Shown here in pieces: positions 46,844 to 61,100 of a stretch of 64,000 nt of DNA. Made by a program: the position numbers and the translations under genes. Source of the DNA: Schizochytrium sp. TIO01 (Eukaryota > Protista > Bigyra: Labyrinthulomycetes). Position 1 is the first letter of the stretch, and each line of letters begins with the position of its first letter. Below the pieces are notes generated by a model. It saw nothing but the letters and a program-made list of their open reading frames with translations, made no database searches and was not told where the DNA came from. The DNA lies in NCBI GenBank assembly GCA_004764695.1, contig SMSO01000032.1:8960483-9024482 (forward strand). The letters are read 5' to 3'.

Positions 46844-49800
46844 TAAAACGTTCGCAATTTGATTTGGTATGAAGTTCTGAACTCAAGCTCCCATAATCAC
46901 AAACAAAATCTTTTCCTTTTATCATTTCTTCTTTCCATCCAATTTATCCTATGACAAAATTCTCAAGCCTGTTAAAAGTTCTTTTCGAGCCAATTTGCGC
47001 TGAAAGTGCAGTCACACTTGCAAATGTATTGCATAAAAATTCAATGCTGCAATCTTTTGTGTAAGTTGTGAAATGTGCAATTGCCCTTTACTTACTTTTC
47101 ACGTCCACCTTCATCGACAGGCTTCACTTCATCGCTTCATCTGAGTTTGCCATCTTCTTGTCAGTACGAGCTAATCTGCAATAACCTGTTATGAGGGCGT
47201 GTTATTTCGAAGAAGGTGTTGTGTCTGTGATACTACACGTGTCCCTACTTTGATGAAGTCCTTGTGCAAATTAGGAGAACGCAAAACTCTACAACTTTTA
47301 AAATGCTGGAAATGAACTGTGCTTTGCCCTCAACGAAAACATAAACAGACAGTCGCTTTCCAAATCAGAGCTATTGAGATCTATTAAAGATAGTTTTTAA
47401 AAAGTATTATAATAAAGATCACTTCGAGACGGCGTACCTCTCTATATAGAGTTTCTGATACCTTGCGGTGTTGCTGACTGAACTATCGAAGGAACCGAGA
47501 GAGTAAAACTAAGAAGAATTGGCATACAATAATAAACTTAATGTGTTTCATCGGCCTGAAAAAATAGAGTTGAGAAAGCATATATATATATATATATATA
47601 TCATCAGTCAAATGTTAACGAATCATTACTCTATTCTAATTTATGTTCAATATTATGTTATGTTTTAGTATTTCCCCTCACGGAGAACCTTGCATGGCTA
47701 CACATTATACATTTGATCCTGTTGGCAGACGTCGGTACTATCTGGAGGAGAGCAACTGCTTTCTTGCTTCTAGTCAACAACACTTAAGCAAAAGATAATC
47801 ATTACAAACTCGATTAGTTTATTCCGATCTGGATTTTGCGCCAGCAATATCCGGTGTTAGCAAAGGTGACAATAAGTCTTTTAGAACGAGTCGAGGATTT
47901 CTATCCTGAATATTCGTATTCCAGTAATCACGAAGACGCTCTGCTGGAGCAACTGCCACGCCTCATGAACATGCTCGAATGAACCAGCCAAAACTAGATC
48001 TTGCCCAAGCCTTTTTAAGCAGATTCTCACATAAGCATGACAGGCATCTGCATCCTGAGAACTATACTCAAGACACTATTGCAGAATAGCGTGTGCTGTG
48101 AAGCGTGGAGAGGTAGTCTAACAAGGATGACGAACTCAGGAGAAAGAGAAAGAGGATGATATACGAGTTATTGGGGTTCCGGGTCTGCATACAGGCAGGG
48201 ATGAATATGTGGACAGGAGAGCTTGACTTGAAGCAGAAATAAAGGCAGAAGCAAAAGTTAGGATTCCCTATACCTCAACAACACAATTCGTAGAATGAAT
48301 GATTACACGATCCCAAACAAATGAAGTTACCCCAATCCATTCAAACCGCGAGGCTCCGTAGCAAACCTGGCGCCATCAAAACCATCTTGCTCGCTCTTGG
48401 GCTCTGGAGAAGGCTCGCTTTAGGGTTGGTCGTGACTCCTAAACAATTGAAAGATAGGCTAGCATTCAGAAGGTTGAACGAAGAGGATGCTAACTCTCTC
48501 AGAAAACTAAGCTTGTGAATGAGTTAGGTAAACTAAGCGGGGACTAAGGAGTCCTGCTAGGTGAAGACTCTGGTGGCTGTGAGTAGCCGGGTTTTGGGGG
48601 TACGCTTGTCCGTGAGACTTCTTCTTTGAGAGGTGTGGATGTGCCAGTTGCACGATAACGTGCACGATAAGAGGAAATCTTTTATGTCTAAAAGATTTTA
48701 GATTAACAGGTTTTTCTTTTAAATTTTCTTTTTAATGAAAATAAAGTTTTAACTTGAAAGGGGTGAAGTTTTCTCTGTCTTTTTTTTTTCTTGATAATGT
48801 AAGGGCGAATGCATTCATTTGGCAACTTGTATAGGAATAGCCTAGAGGGCTCCACAAGTTGACTATGGGTGAGTGAATCGCGGAGCCTGTCTGCCTCGTC
48901 GTGAGAGTGCTGACGCGCTCAATATAGTGGCGGAAGACTTTGCGAGCACTGTGTATCAATCGGTGTGCGAACTGAACTGGCCATGTTGAACAAGCGCACT
49001 TGAATTCAACTTGAAAAGTGTGGGGTCTCCCACATTCTCTTGCACCCACCTCTTCTACACACACAAAACAAGGTTCACTCGCTCACTTCACTACAATGTT
49101 TACTCTGAAGTCCGAGCCCGTCTCTGTGAGGCCGGGTCTCTCAGCTTGTGCTGGTCCACCAATCCAGCTCACTTCTCTGTTTTCTAAAAAGGGGCGCACG
49201 CCAACAATATCTGATAATGCGACGACGATCAATCGTATTAAAAACAAAAAGCAGTACTAGGTAGTACTTTAAGACTAGAACGTAACACTTATTTTAGGGC
49301 GCATCTGAGTCTGTCATGCTGATGTGAGCGTCCCCCAAAAAAACTCGCGAGGGGGGCGGAGAGAACATTGGAGAGAACAGGCGAAAATCTTGGTAAATTA
49401 TACTTCAAAAACATTGTGCTGGCGAGCTTTCTAATATGCATTTTATAAAATAAATGGCTTTGACTGTGGGACATGATGTGACATTTTTAGCTTTAAATAT
49501 AAAATCTCTATGAACTTTGTTACTGGTTTTAGCAAGAACACACTGACGACTCTCCTCTGCTTCCACTGAAAATAATGACACTGGCTCTTCTCACAAGGTA
49601 AATGCAGTAGAGCTTATAATTGTACAACAATGGTTTTATTTGTATATTTAAACCGCATAGAAACTAATACCAGACTATTCTCAACAATTTGCGAACCTTG
49701 GCAAAGCTACCTAGGTTTCTGCGCTTGAGCAATCAGCATGCGTATTGCTGATTGAATATCAACCGGAAAGTCTTCAAAATCTGCAATTTGAGAATTGCTA

Positions 49801-50488
49801 CTACTTTGTTTGTGAACTCTACATAGCAAATATTCAGTTATGTGAAGTAAATTGGGATAGATCTTAATGGTTTTACTCAAACATGTGATGTTTGAGTAAA
49901 CTAGCCAGGGATGAAGAGGCCAAAATATCAAGTTGAACTGTGACTCTTGGTTGGTTTAGAACAGAACATTGCTCTGGAACATTCCATATACACTCCATAG
50001 TACCTCATAATCGTTCTAAGCACGAGTTTTTTACTCAGTTGGAAGAAAGACTTTCGTCAGCATGGTAGTCGAGCCGATTAACATGTATTGCGCAACATCT
50101 TAGTCCGTGTCATCACGATCATGATGAAAGTTTTAATTCTTTTTCTTTATTTTTTTTTTAAGTAAATAAATAACCATTGGTTTAAAAAACGAGCCCAGTA
50201 CAGTCACTCAATGGTGGGAGCTTGAAACGAGCTGTTCTGCATTTGGGGCTATTAAAATAAATCAACTGGAGACGAGAGTTGATAGCCGACAAGCGCATCG
50301 TACCAATGTTGCTAGTAAGAGGATATCTAAATTGATATTTCAACTGGAGTAGAGTTTCAACTTTTAAAACATTGTTCACTCGCTACAAATATGCTTAAAA
50401 TCTCTGCTGTCAAAATACCTTCACCCTTTTTGTTTTTATTTTATTTTATTTTATTTTATTAACTAAATAAGTATATATATATTAACAG

Positions 50489-51183
50489 ATGAATTTATAA
50501 ACAGGTCGAGCAACATGTTAATGGTCAACCTCTTTAACGAAGACAGCGTGCTCAAAAGTGATCCTTTGTTTTCTGGTCCAGTTTGCAGTACAAATATATC
50601 AAGTATTGCTTGTTTAACAATGATGGAAGAAAGTAATCCTAATCGCTATCTTGCACAAGGGCCACTATGAGCAATGAACTGAGTGTGGCTCTAAAGTTGC
50701 ACCCTCGAGTAGTTCACTATTGGGCGTGCGCTTCAGAAGTATAATGAGTACCTCCCATCCAGTACGTATCATTCTCCAAGACGAATCGCAAAGTGGTAGA
50801 TGGGGTGCGCACATTATTCATTTTCATAACATGTATATACATAAATGAATAAACAAATTGAGCAACATGTTGATGGTCAACACCTTCAACGAAGACAACA
50901 TCCATAGAGTGTACTGAAAAATGATCCTTTGTTTTCTGGTCCAGTTTGCAGTACAAATTTATCAAGTATTTGCTTGTTTAACAATGATGGAGGAAAGTAG
51001 TCTTGCACACGGGCCACTATGAACAATGCACTGAGTCCGAGAGTGGCTCTAAAGTTGCACCCACGAGTAATTCACTATTGAGCGTGCGCTTCTATAATGA
51101 GTACCTCCCACCCAGTATGTGTATCACTCACCAAGACGAATTGCAAAGTGGTAGATGGCGTGCACGCATTTTCCATTTTCATA
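50489..51183. repeat. Diverged ~350-bp tandem direct duplication (copies ~50489-50828 and ~50845-51183)
   Basis: Shared blocks GAGCAACATGTT, GATCCTTTGTTTTCTGGTCCAGTTTGCAGTACAAAT, GTGGCTCTAAAGTTGCACCC and GCAAAGTGGTAGATGG, with several indels. Confidence 0.9.
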
Positions 51184-51787
51184 CTAATACGCAAAAAAAA
51201 AAATTAAATACACATCATTGGCTAGTGATTTGAAAAATAAAAATAAAAATAATTAGCAGGATTAATTCTTAAAATGTGTGCATTCTACATATAACTAATG
51301 GAAGGTAGTACGAGCATAAAATGATTCTATATAGGCCTCTACGTATGTAAATCCTACCATTACCAATTCTCTGGGACCCACTCCGTACTACCTACCTATG
51401 TCCCAATCCAGTGAGAGTGTCTACAGCTGAACCTTTGCTGCCGGGCCTACTAGGTATAGGTACTTTTTTTTTTTAATTGTAAAAAATTGAAAAACAAAAG
51501 ACACCAAAGAAAGGCTCGAACTTTGAGTGAGGGATGGGGTATTACTATCATTAGTTGCCGAGTTACTAGTGGATTAAATTTAAAAGTATATAGCCTACCC
51601 TAAGGAGCAATGCACCACCATCGAGGTGTTGTGCACCAAGTTACCTTGAAATCGTCAAATTTAGAAACTTTCGACGCAATGCAAAACACCAATTGCCCAC
51701 GCCCACGCTGTACCTAGAGTTGGCAGGACCACTTAAGAAACAGTCGCACAGAGTTGTCCACCATCATACTAACCTGTAGGTCGCAAG

Positions 51788-54700
51788 ATGGCGAAACAGC
51801 GAAAAGCCCTGTCCTCTGTTCTTGCCCTTGCAGCTCTCCTTTGCCTGACCATACCCAAGTCCTTGGCAGCAAGCTGCACTGTGACCTCTACAACAACTGC
51901 GCCAGCATATCCTAGTGACTCTGGCTTCGACACGTCCAAACTTATTAGTATCGCAAAAGCTACAGAAGTTGTTCAGCTTCGAGTGACACCAAATTCCCCT
52001 CCGGATGGCTGGAACTCACGTACGAGCTGCCCTTTTGATGAAGACGCTGATGAACTCCTACCTTGGGAAGATGTATCAACATGGGGCTCAGCTGTCCCGG
52101 CAGACGGTGAAGACGTAACCTTACCCGAAAACTCACGGGTGCTCATCAGTGGCTGCTCAGTCTCTGCCGATACAGTTTATGGGCTCATCACAATTCCTGC
52201 AACTTCGGAACTTGTGTTCGCAGATGAAGACATTATGCTCAACACTACTGGCATCAGTGTTGATGGCAAGCTTGTACTAGGCTCTGAAACATGCCGATTG
52301 CATAGTGATATCTCCATCACTTTGCATGGGTCCAGGCCGTCCTCATTTCCAGTCTCGCCGCACTATAAAGGCATCACTGCTCAGGGCAATGGTGTGCTTG
52401 ATGTACACGGCTCTATCTTTCATCCCACCTGGTCCCGGCTTGCTACTACAGCCTCCGCCAGTGACACACAAATCTACTTGCAACACAAGGTCAACTGGCA
52501 AGCTGGCCAACAAATCGTTGTAGTAGCGACTGAACTTAAGGATTCGAGAGACTGGCACCATAACGAGGTTCGTACGATCTCGAAGGTAGAGATTAGTGGG
52601 AAATTCTCCCGTATTACGGTTACCGAGGCATTGAATTACACCCACTATGGAGGATCGGAGTACCAAGCCGAAGTTGGCCTGCTCTCGCACAATATCATCA
52701 TCCAGGGTGATATTACTTCTGAGGGCACTGATTCAGATGATGATATTTGCTACAACAGCGAGTATGGTAGCTACCCTTGCATTGATAAGCATCTTACAGG
52801 TTACGGTGGGCACACGCTCGGTAATGGAACAAATGCGACCGTGCGATTCGAAGGTGTAGAGCTGTATCGCATGGGTCAAACAAACGTGTTGGCCCGGTAT
52901 CCATTCCACTTTCACCACATGGGTGAAGGTGGTGTAGACTCGTACCTGAAGCACTCAAGTATGCATCACACTTTCTACCGGTGTGCAACGATTCATGGGA
53001 CAAATCACTCTTTGATTTCAGATAACGTTGCGTATGATGCGATTGGTCATTGTTTTTATAGTGGTGAGGACGGCGTAGAAGAGAACAACACTCTCGCGTA
53101 CAATCTTGCTGCGCATGTTCATTTTCTTGGCTATCCTCAGAGAAGTGGCAACCAATACATGAATACGGTAATACAAAACTCTACGTTAACACAACCTGCA
53201 GATTTAACAGCTAGCCCCTTTTACATTACACGTGCATACAATCGCTACTACGGCAATGCTGCTTCCGGAGGATATTCGGGCTTTGCTATAGTACGGATGC
53301 CCGCCCCTATCATGGATTACCGGGATTGGGACTTTCCAAAAGGAGGTTTACCTGAAAATCGACCATTCTTGGAGTTTGATGGAAATACGTGTCATTCTTC
53401 TGGATTTTGGTGGAATTCAGCAGCTTGTATTTATGTGGGTGGACTGCTAACACATGTTAATAGTTCGAGTTCTCTTTTGCAATATAATCCAGGCCGGACT
53501 ACATCAAGCCGAAATACCGTGTGTGACCTTGGAGATGACGCTTACTCATGCCCACTTGCGATGAATAATACGAAGGTATTTCTAAGCAACTGGGGTGTAA
53601 CCAACTGGGGAAAACGAGGAACCTTTAATTCAATGGAGGTTCACGATACTACACGCCCAGTAGGTGTTCTTGGTGAGCACTTTTTGAACAATATCCTTTT
53701 TGTCTGCCGCTCTGGAAACTTCGAACCCGTTCAATCTGGAACAGACAAGTACTCCAAACGCTGGTTCTACTCGAGTTATGTTGGATATGAAACCTATGAT
53801 GTAGATCAACGTCATATTATTGATGGCATAATCATGCGGAAATGTGGCAACCCGGAAAGGGACTCGCCAATTTGGCGCTTTGCGACGCATTCTGATCAAT
53901 ATGTACCAGGTTTTCAAGAGGTCATAAATGATGTTACATATGACCAGTGTAACAAAACAGTTCTCTTTAGTGAGACAGTCTCCGCTTACCTCTCTGTTAG
54001 CGGATACCTTGCAAATCTGTTAGATGCGGATGGATCTTTGAGTGGTGATGGAAATGGCCCTCGCATTGTTGGTTCAGGTCGTGAAGGCATTGAATTCTGG
54101 GAGCTTGACGATAATTGCACATTGATAAATGACTATTACTCTTGCGACGCCATTTCTCCAATTACAGGAAAGAAGAGAGGCATTGCTAGTTTCACAGTTC
54201 AATTCGATCCTACATTGGTAGAACAATTTTCAGAGGTCAGTATATGCAGTAATGGAGCGTACAAGTCCATTGACTGCCCTCGGGTAGGATCGGTAATGCG
54301 AATTGGCCAAGAAGGAGAGCCTAGTGAAGTTGGCCTTCCAATTGAAGGTAACGCAGTTATCTCGGGTGCCACTGGCGGATTTGGCTTTCTCCTTCTCTTT
54401 GATTCGGGTAGTCCTGTTGAGGCTGTGTTTCTCAAAGCTCAAATTGATGAAGACGATCTTCTTATCATTGCCATGCCATACCCGGCAGGTTCAGTGTTTA
54501 ATATGACCTATCGGTCTGCTTATTGGTGCTATCAATGGCATTCGCTCGACTACTGCGAGCATAATTTTTCGTCCGCTGCTTCACTCCAGGCAGTTATCAA
54601 TGGCAACGGAGATCTCTACTACTTTGATACTAGTCGTGGGTTGTTATTCTTCCGTTACGTACAACAGAGTCCTCATAGAGCTGATTATTCAGAGTCTCCA

Positions 54701-55129
54701 GCATATGGACAGCTTGGGCTGTCATATTATGAGCGAGCTGGATTTCGCATTCCTCCCGCTACAACTTTTGGAAATCTTACTCTAACAGTTGACTGCACTC
54801 TGAACGAGACAGATACAAACTATTGTCAGTTGTCCAAACACCATATCGATGGAATTTGCGAAGACTATGGATTTAGCTCTGATAGCTCAATCGTTGCCTA
54901 TGATTCCTGTCAAAGCTCTAGATCTTCATCAAGTGTAGCCACTGAGAGCACAGGTTCTGCTCAAACTCTATATATTGCTATTCCAGTTGCAGTTGTTTGT
55001 GCTCTCACCATGTTAGCAGCCGTGGCCGTATTTATGATCATTCGTAGGAAGAGGCAACTTCATCGAAGTCAATCCGGAAGCGTTGTTATCAAACAAGGCA
55101 ATGTTGTAGACAAGCCAGATTATTCATAA
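51788..55129 (+). CDS. G8-domain / beta-helix type I membrane protein, TMEM2/CEMIP/PKHD1L1-like
   Basis: AAGATG start and signal peptide. G8 region (W..GSAVPADGEDVTLP), AEVGLLSHNIIIQG, GVELYRMGQTNVLARYPFHFH, RCATIHGT, GHCFYSGEDGVEENN. A C-terminal TM helix is followed by RRKR. Confidence 0.88.
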   Translation: MAKQRKALSSVLALAALLCLTIPKSLAASCTVTSTTTAPAYPSDSGFDTSKLISIAKATEVVQLRVTPNSPPDGWNSRTSCPFDEDADELLPWEDVSTWGSAVPADGEDVTLPENSRVLISGCSVSADTVYGLITIPATSELVFADEDIMLNTTGISVDGKLVLGSETCRLHSDISITLHGSRPSSFPVSPHYKGITAQGNGVLDVHGSIFHPTWSRLATTASASDTQIYLQHKVNWQAGQQIVVVATELKDSRDWHHNEVRTISKVEISGKFSRITVTEALNYTHYGGSEYQAEVGLLSHNIIIQGDITSEGTDSDDDICYNSEYGSYPCIDKHLTGYGGHTLGNGTNATVRFEGVELYRMGQTNVLARYPFHFHHMGEGGVDSYLKHSSMHHTFYRCATIHGTNHSLISDNVAYDAIGHCFYSGEDGVEENNTLAYNLAAHVHFLGYPQRSGNQYMNTVIQNSTLTQPADLTASPFYITRAYNRYYGNAASGGYSGFAIVRMPAPIMDYRDWDFPKGGLPENRPFLEFDGNTCHSSGFWWNSAACIYVGGLLTHVNSSSSLLQYNPGRTTSSRNTVCDLGDDAYSCPLAMNNTKVFLSNWGVTNWGKRGTFNSMEVHDTTRPVGVLGEHFLNNILFVCRSGNFEPVQSGTDKYSKRWFYSSYVGYETYDVDQRHIIDGIIMRKCGNPERDSPIWRFATHSDQYVPGFQEVINDVTYDQCNKTVLFSETVSAYLSVSGYLANLLDADGSLSGDGNGPRIVGSGREGIEFWELDDNCTLINDYYSCDAISPITGKKRGIASFTVQFDPTLVEQFSEVSICSNGAYKSIDCPRVGSVMRIGQEGEPSEVGLPIEGNAVISGATGGFGFLLLFDSGSPVEAVFLKAQIDEDDLLIIAMPYPAGSVFNMTYRSAYWCYQWHSLDYCEHNFSSAASLQAVINGNGDLYYFDTSRGLLFFRYVQQSPHRADYSESPAYGQLGLSYYERAGFRIPPATTFGNLTLTVDCTLNETDTNYCQLSKHHIDGICEDYGFSSDSSIVAYDSCQSSRSSSSVATESTGSAQTLYIAIPVAVVCALTMLAAVAVFMIIRRKRQLHRSQSGSVVIKQGNVVDKPDYS

Positions 55130-56413
55130 TTGTTTAAGTTGTTTTAATTTTGATATATTTCCAATTTAAAAATAATTTTAAAAAAGCACATAGAAATGAC
55201 TTTGAACTAATGATGATTCTTTCAACTTGTTCGGCTTTTTAACATTATTATCTGAAGTCTTGAAGTTGAACTCAATCCCCCCTCTTTAATTAATTAAAAT
55301 AAGGAGATTATAGTCCCTTTCTCTAATATTCCATATAGGGTATATCCTCATTAATTCTACTAGGTAGTACATTCTTAAAGATTTAGATTTACAAAAAGTG
55401 AATCTTACAATTCGCATTCTAGACTTTTGCATACTAATAGATATTAGATCTGAAAAAGTTCCATGAATACCTAGATACTATTACTATGAAGATTATATAA
55501 TTTAGATATGGGGAGCGGACTTCGATCATAGTGTGTAGCTTCTAAGTGAAGGCACGAGTACTAAATCCCTACTGAAAGGTGATACTAATTAGCGTGAGGT
55601 TGACTGTAAAGATGAGGGCTAGAAGCTTGATGAAGGTTATAAGAAGGTTGATTTAAGTGTTAGCGAACTGCTGTCCTGAAGAATGAATTCCAGGACAGAT
55701 GGATTCATGTAGTAATTAGGGAGATTAAGACATTCTTGAATGTGGTTAGAGATAATCGATGGGGTTAGGTTATCCAACCTTCTCCAACCATCGATTCAAG
55801 CTAAAACAAGCTTGGGTGTCGGTGATGTGTATTCACACTTCCTAGTTCTTGGCTTCAGCAGCTGGCTGCCTATTCTTGTTCTAATGTAAACCTTACCTCT
55901 ATTGGGTTTTACAAAGGGACGCCAAGAACTCTAGCAATGTCTTGTCCACTAGTTCCTTCGATTGGAGATCTCAGCAATCCCCCGATTTGGAATTTGATTA
56001 ATATCTATCTACCGGCTACCTGTACTGGGTTGTTTAAATAATAATATATTTCCTCTCTTTTTCCCTTTTTCCCTTTCATTATTATTATTATTTAAATCTA
56101 AAGTGCGCTTCTCAAGCACTTCATTGGTAGAATCTTTGAGTAAAAATAGCATCTGCGGATCAATTAACTTGCAATATATAGAGCCACAAAGTAAGTTCCG
56201 CAGCATTACGACACCCTCAAGTATGGCAGTGATATCTACCCTTCGGGTAGTCTATTGCCCTCTAAGGCACAGCCACGATGTGACTATCATGTCATCCAAA
56301 AGCAAATTAACAATATGCAGGAACTCCTCTAACAAATCGTGATCTCGAATTAAAACAAATCGTGATCTCGAATTAAATTAAACAGGGGTCTATGACCCTA
56401 CGACTTTGCCGAA

Positions 56414-57275
56414 ATGTTCCTTCTCCTCCACTTAGTGAGGTCAGTACTGTCGCGAAAGTCAGGGTCGTCTCGCAAAACTAAGTTGATGTCTATTCGACTC
56501 CGGGACTCTTATCGACGGCTTGTTGTCACCTTTACGTCAGAATACACATCATTCTTTTCAATCTTCAATACTTTCAGCCCCACGCAAATCCGTTTGGAGT
56601 TCGTTCCTATACCTCAGGATGACGAGCATTGCGGCAACTTCGGGATAGTCCGTAACTTTAAATATTGCACATCACGGATGGCTATCCGTTCAAACAGGAT
56701 CTTCTCCAGGACATTCGATTGAACAAAGGTATCACGGTTGCAGTGAATCGAATATGTACAAACAAGAAACTCGTTTCCTCGTCACCCTCGACTCATCAGA
56801 GACCAAGGCTCAGCTCCAACTTTATACCATAGACCATTTGTTATGTAGTCAATATATTGCGTTCCCTAACAAAAACCTCTTGGACTTTCTTCGCGACCCT
56901 GAGCCTTTCCTGACTGTCCAGACCAAACCTTATAGCGGTCCCTAACATCGAAGTTACGCATTGCCCAGTACTCACAGAAAAAAGAAAGCCCATCGAAATG
57001 CTTTGCCTGATATCCAACAGAATATTGACACCAAAGACTCCGCTTCGATGTTCTTATATGCAATTACGTTCCCGGACGCCACTCTCCACACAATCTCCTA
57101 TGCATTTGCTGCCCAGAATCTACGTAACCTCTCCAAGGACGAAAACCGTCCCTTTCTCCTCCAAAAGAGTCAATGCCATAATGTTGCCACCTGGATCTGA
57201 AGCTCTTTTGGCCCTTCAAGATAAAATGCATAGGAAATAAGTATTCCGAGGGAATTTATCTCATGGTGATCGCGC
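56414..57275 (+). mobile_element. Dispersed repeat copy B, probably a decayed non-LTR retrotransposon ORF2 fragment
   Basis: 56770-57275 aligns by eye with 19480-19965. ORFs 56754 and 56961 are one frame broken by a single stop. PIPQDDEHCGNFGI loosely resembles the post-RT PxxxGGLGI motif. The repeat is clear; the LINE identity is tentative. Confidence 0.4.
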
Positions 57276-58131
57276 GTTCGAAGTACCGAGTCTTAATAAT
57301 ACCCTATCCACTATCTAGAGGTACCTATCTCTCAATACCTATCTCTACTTACTTCGCTAATCATGAAATCTTCTTTTAGTTATTAGGCACCCATACGCGT
57401 TACTTAACTTTATCTTAATTTTTAAACCCACGTCAGACCCGCCCACCCTACTATTCCTATCTAATGAAAAACGTTCATAAAGTTGAAAAATAAAAGCTTG
57501 CAATCATTTCCTTGCTTTCTTTCGGACTATATCCTCTTTATATATCGCTATTCCAGTCACATTGTTTATTCAACATGGTAGGTACTCTTACTCTTGGTCT
57601 GTTAGTGAGAAAGTTACTCAAAGAAACTCTAATGAATGCTAAAAGCAATAGAACTATTCGAACAACACTCTCAACTGAAACTCAAAGTACTATGTGAAGT
57701 GTATATGCTAACGAACTGAGTGAACACGCACATTTTTTTTTTGGGGGGGGGGCAAGGTGAAACTAATAATGAGTTGAGAAAAGGTTTCGATCTGTGCCAA
57801 GCCTAATTTAAAAGTAAGCCTCAACGGATATATTTGAGGCGCTTTGATTTTTAGAGTAAAAGAGCCTTTTAGTTTTCAATAGTACCTATATCTACTTCGT
57901 CCCTAAACGAGAACTGTACTTGTCTAGAACGTGAGTACGCAAATACGGAAAAAACCTTGTAGACCTTACCATTGACCTGCAGCTTCGAGTGCAGCAGGTC
58001 TTAAACGCTCTGTGAAGACTGACCGTGTTCATCGATTTAGCTGAAGACTGCAGCGTAAGCTCGTCAAGCAGTGATTCATTGCTCGAGTGGCTTTCAGGTG
58101 CTGACCGCATCACAGTACTACAGACTTCAAG

Positions 58132-61100
58132 ATGTCAGATCATCCAAGGGTCGTGTATGCGCTTAACGAGCTTCAGAAAGGCGCTACAGAATTAAAGTAA
58201 GTTCATGTATTACCTTCTCTGTTTGCGTAACACAATGAAATCCTGAAAGCCAACCTAGATCACTCACGTCCATGCATGTGTGCATACATCTAATGCAATA
58301 TAATGTATTGCTTGCCATCATTCAATCAACTCGACAGTCTTTCAAGGAGTAATATCGGCTCAGAGGGCGCCAAGGCAGTGGCTACGGCGCTGAAAGAGAA
58401 CCGTTCGCTGACATCACTTGAGTAAGTTGTCTAAGCAGTAGCTCGTGGACTTGTTCGTACATGGTGCTTGCTTCGTTGTTTGGTGGGTGGTTTTGGTCGG
58501 TGTTGTTTTGCAAGTTTATGCAATCCGTTGTTTGTTTGTTTCTTTGATGGATGGATGGATAAGTTGTCTGTTTTAGTGAGTATACATCCATCGAACAAAG
58601 AGCAAAATGACAACGCAACAAAGATAAATCCTGAAAGCCAACCTAGTTCACTCACGGCCATGCATGCATGCGTGCGTGCATCTATTGTAATATGTAACGT
58701 GTAATGTATTGCTTGCCATCATTCAATCAAATCAACAGTCTTCAAGACAACCGCATCGGTTTTGAGGGCGCCAAGGCAGTGGCTGCGGCGCTGAAAGAAA
58801 ACCGGTCGCTCACATCACTTGAGTAAGTTGTCTACGCAACACCGCAACTCGTGGACTTGTTTGTACATGATGCTTGGTTTGTTGTTTGGTGGGTGGGTCG
58901 GTGTTGTTTTTCAAGTTTATGCAATCGCTTGTTTGCTTGATGGACGGATGGGTTGTCTGTTTGAGTGAATATACATCCATCGAACAAGGAGCAAAATGAC
59001 AACACAACAAAGATAAATGCTGAAAGTCAACCTAGATCACTCACGTCCATGCATGTATGTGTGCATCTATTGTAATATGTAACGTGTAATGTATTGCTTG
59101 CCATCATTCAATCAAATCGACAGTCTTGGAAGCAATCGCATCGGCGACGAGGGCGCCAAGGCAGTGGCTGCGGTGCTGAAAGAGAACCGGTTGCTGACAT
59201 CACTTGAGTAAGTTGTCTACGCAACAACGCAACTCGTGGACTTGTTTGTACATGATGCTTGGTTTGTTGTTTGGTGGGTGGGTCGGTGTTGTTTTTCAAG
59301 TTTATGCAATCGCTTGTTTGCTTGATGGATGGATGAGTTGTCTGTTTGAGTGAGTATACATCCATCGCACAAAGAGCAAAATGACAACACAACAAAGATA
59401 AATCCTGAAAGTCAACCTAGATTACTCACGTCCATGCATGCATGCGTGCATCTATTGTAATATGTAACGTGTAATGTATTGCTTGCCATCATTCAATCAA
59501 ATCGACAGTCTTGGAGGCAACAAAATCAGCGACGAGGGCGCCAAGGCAGTGGCTGCGGTGCTGAAAGAGAACCGGTCGCTGACATCACTCAAGTAAGTTG
59601 TCTACGCAACACCATAGCTCGTGGACTTGTTTGTACATGATGCTTGGTTTGTTGTTTGGTGGGTGGGTCGGTGTTGTTTTGCAAGTTTATGCAATCGCTT
59701 GTTTGTTGATGGATGGATGAGTTATCTGTTTGAGTGAGTATACATCCATCGAACAAAGAGCAAAATGACAACACAACAAAGATAAATGCTGAAAGCCAAC
59801 CTAGATCACTCACGTCCATGCATGTATCCAATGTAATGCATTGCAATGTAATGTATTGCTTGCCATCATTCAATCAAATCGACAGTCTTAGAAGCAACGA
59901 TATCGGCTCAGAGGGCGCCAAGGCAGTGGCTGCGGTGCTGAAAGAGAACCGGTCGCTGACATCACTCAAGTAAGTTATCTACGCAACACCATAGCTCGTG
60001 GACTTGTTTGTACATGATGCTTGGTTTGTTGTTTGGTGGGTGGGTCGGTGTTGTTTTGCAAGTTTATGCAATCGCTTGTTTGTTGATGGATGGATGAGTT
60101 ATCTGTTTGAGTGAGTATACATCCATCGAACAAAGAGCAAAATGACAACACAACAAAGATGAAATCCTGAAAGCCAACCTAGATCACTCACGTCTATGCA
60201 TGCATGCGTGCATCTACTGTAATATGTAACGTGTAATGTATTGCTTGCCATCATTCAATCAAATCGACAGTCTTTTCGACAACTATATCGACTCAGAGGG
60301 CGCCAAGGCAGTGGGTGCGGCGCTGAAAGAGAACCGGTCGCTGACATCACTTGAGTAAGTTGTCCACGCAACACCGCAGCTCGTGGACTTGTTTGTACAT
60401 GATGCTTGGTTTGTTGTTTGGTGGGTGGGTCGGTGTTGTTTTGCAAGTTTATGCATTCGCTTGTTTGTTTGATGGATGGATGATTTATCTGTTTGAGGGA
60501 GTATACATTTATCAAACAAAGAGCAAAATGACAACACAACAAAGCTAAATCCTGAAAGCCAACCTAGATCACTCACGTCCATGCATGCATGCGTGCGTGC
60601 ATTTATTGTAATATGTAACGTGTAATGTATTGCTTGCCATCATTCAATCAAATCGACAGTCTTTCCTACAACTATATCGGCTTTGAGGGCGCCAGGGCAG
60701 TGGCTGCGGCTCTGAAAGAGAACCGGTCGCTGACATCACTCAAGTAAGTTGTCCACGCAACACCGCAGCTCGTGGACTTGTTTGTACATGATGCTTGGTT
60801 TGTTGTTTGGTGGGTGGGTCGGTGTTGTTTTGCAAGTTTATTTATGCAATCGCTTGTTTGTTTGATGGATGGATAAGTTGTCTGTTTGAGTGAGTACACA
60901 TCCATCGAACAAAGAGCAAAATGACAACACAACAACGATAAATCCTGAAAGTCAACCTAGATTACTCACGTCCATGCATGCATGCGTGCATCTATTGTAA
61001 TATGTAACGTGTAATGTATTGCTTGCCATCATTCAATCAAATCGACAGTCTTGTTCGCAACCATATCGGCTCAGAGGGCGCCATGGCAGTGGGTGCGGCG

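Noticed and set aside
55754-55796. Hairpin AATCGATGG...CCATCGATT, and a nearby 23-bp tandem duplication at 56331-56376
   Set aside because: Real but short, within probable TE debris, and with no assignable function.
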